Positions 59,250 through 64,000 of a stretch of 64,000 nucleotides of DNA are shown piece after piece. How positions within the stretch are numbered: position 1 is the stretch's first letter; each line of letters starts with the position of its first letter. The notes beneath the pieces were generated by a model. It was not told where the DNA came from. It did not search any database and saw only the letters and a list, made by a program, of their open reading frames with translations. The position numbers were made by a program, and so were the translations under genes. This DNA comes from an uncultured Gemmatimonadales bacterium (GTDB lineage Bacteria; Gemmatimonadota; Gemmatimonadetes; Longimicrobiales; RSA9): positions 5,216,001-5,280,000 of the forward strand of contig OY970192.1 of assembly GCA_963708135.1 (NCBI GenBank), in the 5' to 3' direction.

Positions 59250-61889
59250 TCAGCCCTCCAGCCTCTTCCCCAATCTCAGGACGGCCTCGACCAGGTCCGG
59301 CCGTTCCGTCAGCACGCCCGCCAACGGATCCCGCCTGAGCTTCTTCATCCGCGCGGGGGCGTTGCGGATGGTGTAGTCGCCGAGCGAGAGCCCCTTCCGC
59401 ACCTCGGTCCAGCGCAGCGGCATCGACACCGGCGCACCCTCGAGCGGACGCGCGCTGAACGGCGCGGCGAGCAGCTTGCCGTGTCCGTTCTGCAGGTAGT
59501 CAACGTAGACCTTTCCCCCGCGCCGGGACACCTGTCGGGTGATCGTGCACGTGTCCGGCAGCTCTCTCACCACGAGCCGCGCGAGCAGCTCCCCGAGCTG
59601 TCGGGCCTGCTCGTGCGTGCACACGCCGCCCAGCGGCACCAGCACGTGGAGCCCCGTCGAGCCGCTCGTCTTCACGAAGCAGGGCAGGGCGGCGTCCTCG
59701 CAGATGCCGTGGAGCACCCGCGCGGCCGCGATCACGTCCTCGAACGGCGCGCCCTTCGGGTCCAGGTCGAGGATGCACCAGTCCGGCCGCTCGAGGGAGT
59801 CGATCCGACTCGACCAGATGTGCAGCGGGATCGCCGCCATGTTGGCCAGGTAGACGAGGCCCTCCTCCGAGTCGATCACGAAGTAGTTCAGCTCGCGCTG
59901 CGAGTCCTCGCTCCACACCCGCACGCGCCGCAGCCAGTCCGGCGCGTACGCCGGCGCATCCTTCTGGAAGAACGACTTGCCGTGGATCCCGTCCGGGTAG
60001 CGCGTGAGCACCACCGGCCGCTCCTTCAGGTACGGCAGCAGCCACGGCGCGATGCCCCGGTAGTACGCCACCAGGTCCGCCTTGGTGTACCCCTCCTCCG
60101 GCCAGAACACCTTGTCCGGATTCGTGATGGCGACGACGCGCTCCGCCTGCCGACCCCCGCCCCCCGCCTGCCTCTTCCCTGAGCCGGTTACCCCGCCCCC
60201 GGCCCCCGCCCCGGCCCCGGCCGCAGTTGTAGTTGTGGTTGTGGTTGTGGTTGTGGTTGTGGTTGTGGTTGTAGTCGCCTGGCGCTCGAGGTCGGCATCC
60301 GCGCCGAGCGGCGCATCGCACTCTTCGGCCCGCTTGTCCTCCCGGAACCGCACGAACACCGGATGCCGCAGCAGCCCGTCCCGCGTCCACTCGCGGTAGC
60401 GCACCTCCGCCACCAGCGTGGGCCGCACCCAGACGCTCGTGCGCGCGTCCGCCGCCGGCAGCGTGGCCGCCTCGAGGTCGAACCCCGGTGTCTTGCGACG
60501 GTGCCGCGCCAGCTCCCCCGCCACCGCCTCGATCTGCGCATCCGAGAATCCCGTCCCGACCCGGCCCGCGTACATGAAGCCGCCGTCCGCGCAGAACGCC
60601 AGGTGCAGCGCCCCGAACCCCTGGCCGCGGGAGCCCTTCCCCTGCGTGTAGCCGACCACGGCGAAGTCGCCGGTGCGGTCGGCGCGGATCTTCAGCCAGT
60701 CGTCCGAGCGTCCCGCCCGGTACGGCGAGTCGGCCCGCTTGGCCATGATCCCCTCGAGCCCCAGGCGCTCGACCTCGGCGTAGAACGCCTCGCCCTCCGT
60801 CTCCACGTGGTCGGCGTAGCGGACCGGCCCCGCCGCCGGCACGATGCGCCGGAGCAGCTCCTTCCGCCGCACGAGCGGCAGCGGCCGCACGTCCAGCCCG
60901 TCGAACGCCAGGAGGTCGAAGACGAACAGCGTCGCCGCGTGCGACGACGCCGCCCGCCGGATGTCGGGCGCCCGCCGGAGCTGCGCGCGCTCCTGCAGCC
61001 GGCCGAAGCTCGGCCGCCCCGCCTCGTCCAGCACCACCACCTCGCCGTCCAGCACGAGGCGGGGGAAGGGAAGCGAGGCGAGGGCGCGCGCGAGCTCCGG
61101 GAAGAGCTCCGTCGCCTCCTTGCCGTTCCGTGTCGACAGCCGCGCCTTCCCACCCTCCACTTCCGCCAGCAGCCGCCAGCCGTCGTACTTCAGCTCGAAG
61201 AGCCAGCCCTCGCGCCGGAACGCCTTCTCGCGCGTCCCCGCGAGCATCGGCCGCACGGAGGCCAGCTTCACGCGCCCGGGCCTGGCCCCCAGCCGCTCGA
61301 GCGCCGCCCCGATCTCGCCCGCCCGGTCCGCACCCGTGGCCAGATCCTCGATGGAGAGTCCCGAGTAGACGGAGGTCTCGGGGAAGTCGTCGCGGCCCGC
61401 TCCCTCCAGCCCGTCCCGCTCCTTGATCAGCAGCCACTCCTTCTCCGTCTTCTTCATCTTCACGAGCGTCCACCGCCCGCGCAGCTTGTAGCCCCCGAGC
61501 TCGAACAGCAGCTTCCCCTTCTCCAGCCCCTCGCGCGGGTCCTCCAGCGGCTCCCACAGCCCCGTGTCCCACACGATCACCTGCCCCGCGCCGTAGTTGC
61601 CCGCCGGAATCACACCCTCGAAGTCCGCGTAGTCGAGGGGATGGTCCTCCACGTGCACCGCCAGCCGCTTGTTCGCCTGGTCGTACGACGGCCCCTGCGG
61701 CACCGCCCACGAGAGCAGCACCCCGTCCAGCTCCAGCCGGAAATCGTAGTGCAGCCGCCTTGCCGCGTGCTTCTGCACCACGAACCGCAGCGGCGCCCCG
61801 TCCGCCCCGCCCGCCGTCCCTCCGAACGGCTCCGGCGTCCGGTCGGCCGACCGCTTCTCGCGGTACCTCGAGAGTTTGTCCGACGGCAT
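59250..61889 (-). CDS. ligD: NHEJ DNA ligase D (phosphoesterase-ligase-polymerase)
   Basis: QKHAARRLHYDFRLE, ELKYDG, EGIMAK, RYPDG, DLDP, KTSG, DYLQN. Confidence 0.96.
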   Translation of the reverse strand: MPSDKLSRYREKRSADRTPEPFGGTAGGADGAPLRFVVQKHAARRLHYDFRLELDGVLLSWAVPQGPSYDQANKRLAVHVEDHPLDYADFEGVIPAGNYGAGQVIVWDTGLWEPLEDPREGLEKGKLLFELGGYKLRGRWTLVKMKKTEKEWLLIKERDGLEGAGRDDFPETSVYSGLSIEDLATGADRAGEIGAALERLGARPGRVKLASVRPMLAGTREKAFRREGWLFELKYDGWRLLAEVEGGKARLSTRNGKEATELFPELARALASLPFPRLVLDGEVVVLDEAGRPSFGRLQERAQLRRAPDIRRAASSHAATLFVFDLLAFDGLDVRPLPLVRRKELLRRIVPAAGPVRYADHVETEGEAFYAEVERLGLEGIMAKRADSPYRAGRSDDWLKIRADRTGDFAVVGYTQGKGSRGQGFGALHLAFCADGGFMYAGRVGTGFSDAQIEAVAGELARHRRKTPGFDLEAATLPAADARTSVWVRPTLVAEVRYREWTRDGLLRHPVFVRFREDKRAEECDAPLGADADLERQATTTTTTTTTTTTTTTTTAAGAGAGAGGGVTGSGKRQAGGGGRQAERVVAITNPDKVFWPEEGYTKADLVAYYRGIAPWLLPYLKERPVVLTRYPDGIHGKSFFQKDAPAYAPDWLRRVRVWSEDSQRELNYFVIDSEEGLVYLANMAAIPLHIWSSRIDSLERPDWCILDLDPKGAPFEDVIAAARVLHGICEDAALPCFVKTSGSTGLHVLVPLGGVCTHEQARQLGELLARLVVRELPDTCTITRQVSRRGGKVYVDYLQNGHGKLLAAPFSARPLEGAPVSMPLRWTEVRKGLSLGDYTIRNAPARMKKLRRDPLAGVLTERPDLVEAVLRLGKRLEG
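60226..60275. repeat. (GTTGTG)n tract encoding a poly-Thr linker in LigD
   Basis: About 8 hexamers between the ligase and polymerase domains. Confidence 0.95.
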
Positions 61890-62027
61890 CTCGGTAATCT
61901 ATAGCGATGCGACGGCCGCGGCGTGGCGCCGGGACCGGAGAGTGGGGGAGTGGGGGAGTGGGAGGTGCGGCCGGGCGCGCGGCGCACGCCAGGGCCAAAC
62001 GCGGCGACGATCCCAGCGCGCGCCGCG

Positions 62028-62150
62028 CTCACCGCGCCCCGCCGCGCTCGCCGCGCCCGCCGCGCTCGCCGCGCCCGTCGCGCCGGTCGCGCCCGCCGCG
62101 CTCGCCGCGCCCGTCGCGCCGGTCGCGCCCGCCGGGCCCGCCGGGCCCGC
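62028..62150. repeat. 9-bp GC tandem repeat (CGCCGCGCY-type)
   Basis: About 12 degenerate copies. Confidence 0.85.
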
Positions 62151-62198
62151 GCATGCCGGATCGGCCCCTCTTGCCGGATCGGGTCCGCGAAGGGCAGG

Positions 62199-62371
62199 AA
62201 AGTCCCCACGGATCGGCCGTGGAACCGACGGTTGGGGACTTGACTGCGAATAGCGCGGTAAAGCCCCCAAACGTTCCGATCCACCTCCGACCCTTGGGGA
62301 GTTGACAACGAATAGCGCGGTCAACTCCCCAGCCGTCTCCGCGCCGGGGTACCCGTGGGGAGTTCACTGCG
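62199..62371. repeat. Regular array of 37-bp palindromic repeats with 24/25/24-nt unique spacers
   Basis: Full repeats at 62233-62269 and 62295-62331; partial repeats at 62199-62208 and 62356-62371. Confidence 0.8.
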
Positions 62372-62408
62372 GCGCGTCGCCAATGCGCCAGGATCGGATG
62401 CGCCCTGC

Positions 62409-62578
62409 CGGCCCCCGGCCCCAGCCCCCAGCCCCCGGCCCCAGCCCCCGGCCCCAGCCCCAAGCCCCCGGCCCCCGGCCCCCGGCCCCCGGCCCCAGCC
62501 CCCGGCCCCCGGCCCCAGCCCCCGCCCCCGGCCCCCGGCCCGAGCCCCCCGCCCCAGCCCCAAGCCCCCGAGCCCCCG
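62409..62578. repeat. (GCCCCMG)-type 6-7-bp tandem repeat
   Basis: About 25 degenerate units; related CCCGAGC tracts at 59165-59245 and 63600-63665. Confidence 0.85.
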
Positions 62579-62669
62579 CATCCCGAAATAAACATTGACC
62601 CGAACAATTCCCGATTCCATCTTGCATCCCCCGCAAGGACGCGGGCTTGGGAACTCGGGGGAGGTGAAG

Positions 62670-63548
62670 ATGGCGGCACGCGCGATGGGGTCGGCTTCGA
62701 TCGCCTTCGGGCTCGTCTCCGTTCCGGTGAAGCTCTACTCGGCCGGCGACAGCTCGTCGAGCATCAGCTTCAACTGGATCCACAAGGACTGCGGCTCGCG
62801 CCTCAAGCAGCAGTACATCTGCGCGACCGAGGGCAGCGTCGTCGAAAAGGACGACATGGTCAAGGGCTACGAGTTCTCCAGGGGCCAGTACGTCCTCTTC
62901 AGCCCCGAGGAGCTCAAGGCGCTGGACGAGCAGGGCACGAACAGCATCGACATCGTCGAGTTCGTCCCGGCCGACCAGGTCGATCCCGTCTACATCGATC
63001 GCACCTACTATCTCGGCCCCGACAAGGGAGGCGACCGCGCCTACCGCCTCCTCGCCGCCGCGCTGGCCGACACCGGCTTGGCGGCGCTCGCCCGCTACTC
63101 CGCGCGCGGCCGCCAGTACCTCGTGCTCGTCCGGCCGCGCGGCGAGGGGCTCGAGATGGAGCAGCTCCGCTACGCGGACGAGGTGCGCTCGTTCGACGAG
63201 GTGCCGATCGGCAGCGGCGAGGTGAAGAAGCAGGAGCTCGAGCTGGCCAGGCAGCTCATCGAGCAGGCCGCCACGGACCGCTTCGACCCCACGCCCTACA
63301 AGGACGAGGTCCGCGCCCGCGTGCTCGACCTCATCCAGCGCAAGGTCGAGGGCGAGGATATCACCCACGCGGCCGCGCCGGCGCCGCAGACGCAGATCAT
63401 CGACCTCATGGCCGCGCTCAAGGCCTCGCTGGCAAAGACCGAGGGCGGCACCGAGCGCAAGCCCGCGAAGCACGCCCCGAAGAAGGCCGCGAAGAAGAAG
63501 GCGGAGGCGGAGCCCCCGAAGCGTCGCCGCAAGGCCGCTGGCGGCTAG
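62670..63548 (+). CDS. ku: NHEJ Ku protein
   Basis: IAFGLVSVPVKLYSA, VKGYE, YYLGP, DLMAALKASL, basic tail; GGAGG RBS. Confidence 0.96.
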   Translation: MAARAMGSASIAFGLVSVPVKLYSAGDSSSSISFNWIHKDCGSRLKQQYICATEGSVVEKDDMVKGYEFSRGQYVLFSPEELKALDEQGTNSIDIVEFVPADQVDPVYIDRTYYLGPDKGGDRAYRLLAAALADTGLAALARYSARGRQYLVLVRPRGEGLEMEQLRYADEVRSFDEVPIGSGEVKKQELELARQLIEQAATDRFDPTPYKDEVRARVLDLIQRKVEGEDITHAAAPAPQTQIIDLMAALKASLAKTEGGTERKPAKHAPKKAAKKKAEAEPPKRRRKAAGG

Positions 63549-63665
63549 CGTCTCGTCGGGATCGGGGGTTCGCGCTTCGGGGCTCGGCCGGCGAGGTGGC
63601 CCGAGCCCCGAATCCGGAGCCCCGAGCCTCGAACCCCGAGCCTCGAGCCCCGGCCCCCCGGCCCC

Positions 63666-64000
63666 TCACAGCCGCAGCCGGTACGCCTTCACCAGCTCCG
63701 CTCCGGGCGGCCGGAAATCGTGCTCCGGCGCCCGCTCGAATCCCATCCGCAGGTACATCCCCGTCGCCAGGCGCATGCTCCGCGACGTGTGCAGCCCCAG
63801 CTCCGTCGCGCCAACCTCCCGCGCCCGCTCAATGCACGCATCCACGAGCGCGCGGCCGATGCCCTGCCCGCGCGCATCGGGCGCCACGGCGAGCAGGCGC
63901 AGCTCCGGCCGGCTCGCCGGCGCCGTCGCCCCGCCGTACGCGTCGGAGGCGGGCGCGAACAGCATCACGCTGCCCACCAGCCGCCGCTCCCGCTCGGCGA
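63666..64000 (-). CDS. GNAT acetyltransferase, 5' end outside the window
   Basis: LAVAPDARGQGIGRALV, MYLRMGF. Confidence 0.88.
   Translation of the reverse strand, partial: AERERRLVGSVMLFAPASDAYGGATAPASRPELRLLAVAPDARGQGIGRALVDACIERAREVGATELGLHTSRSMRLATGMYLRMGFERAPEHDFRPPGAELVKAYRLRL

Noticed and set aside
62199..62371. Formal CRISPR call
   Set aside because: Only two full, non-identical repeats, short spacers and no cas genes in the window

Overview
Very GC-rich bacterial chromosomal window. Gene content (PorV-like and DUF5916 outer-membrane proteins, S41 protease, many signal peptides) fits a diderm such as Gemmatimonadota; this is inference only. It holds about 50 CDS: amidases, two-component systems, an ECF sigma factor with an Ogt-fused anti-sigma partner, a Mrp/Mnh-like operon, ClpP, SSADH, SolA, D-aminoacylase, gltX/glnS and the NHEJ genes ligD/ku. 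There is also one tRNA-Asn(GTT). The most notable observations are as follows. (1) A complete IS110 element is inserted exactly in the ATG of an amidase gene; its bridge-RNA guides can be read from the sequence, and a host-started antisense ORF ends on a newly created GTG start. (2) A terminator/antiterminator leader lies directly upstream of tRNA-Asn. (3) A stand-alone structured ncRNA candidate of about 290 nt has a near-consensus promoter. (4) An ECF sigma factor is coupled to a zf-HC2/Ogt/Ada-Zn fusion. (5) A four-helix-bundle gene is enclosed by long G-rich inverted repeats. (6) A small regular array of 37-bp palindromic repeats with 24-25-nt spacers lies between ligD and ku. All product calls come from motif recognition by eye; no database searches were run.
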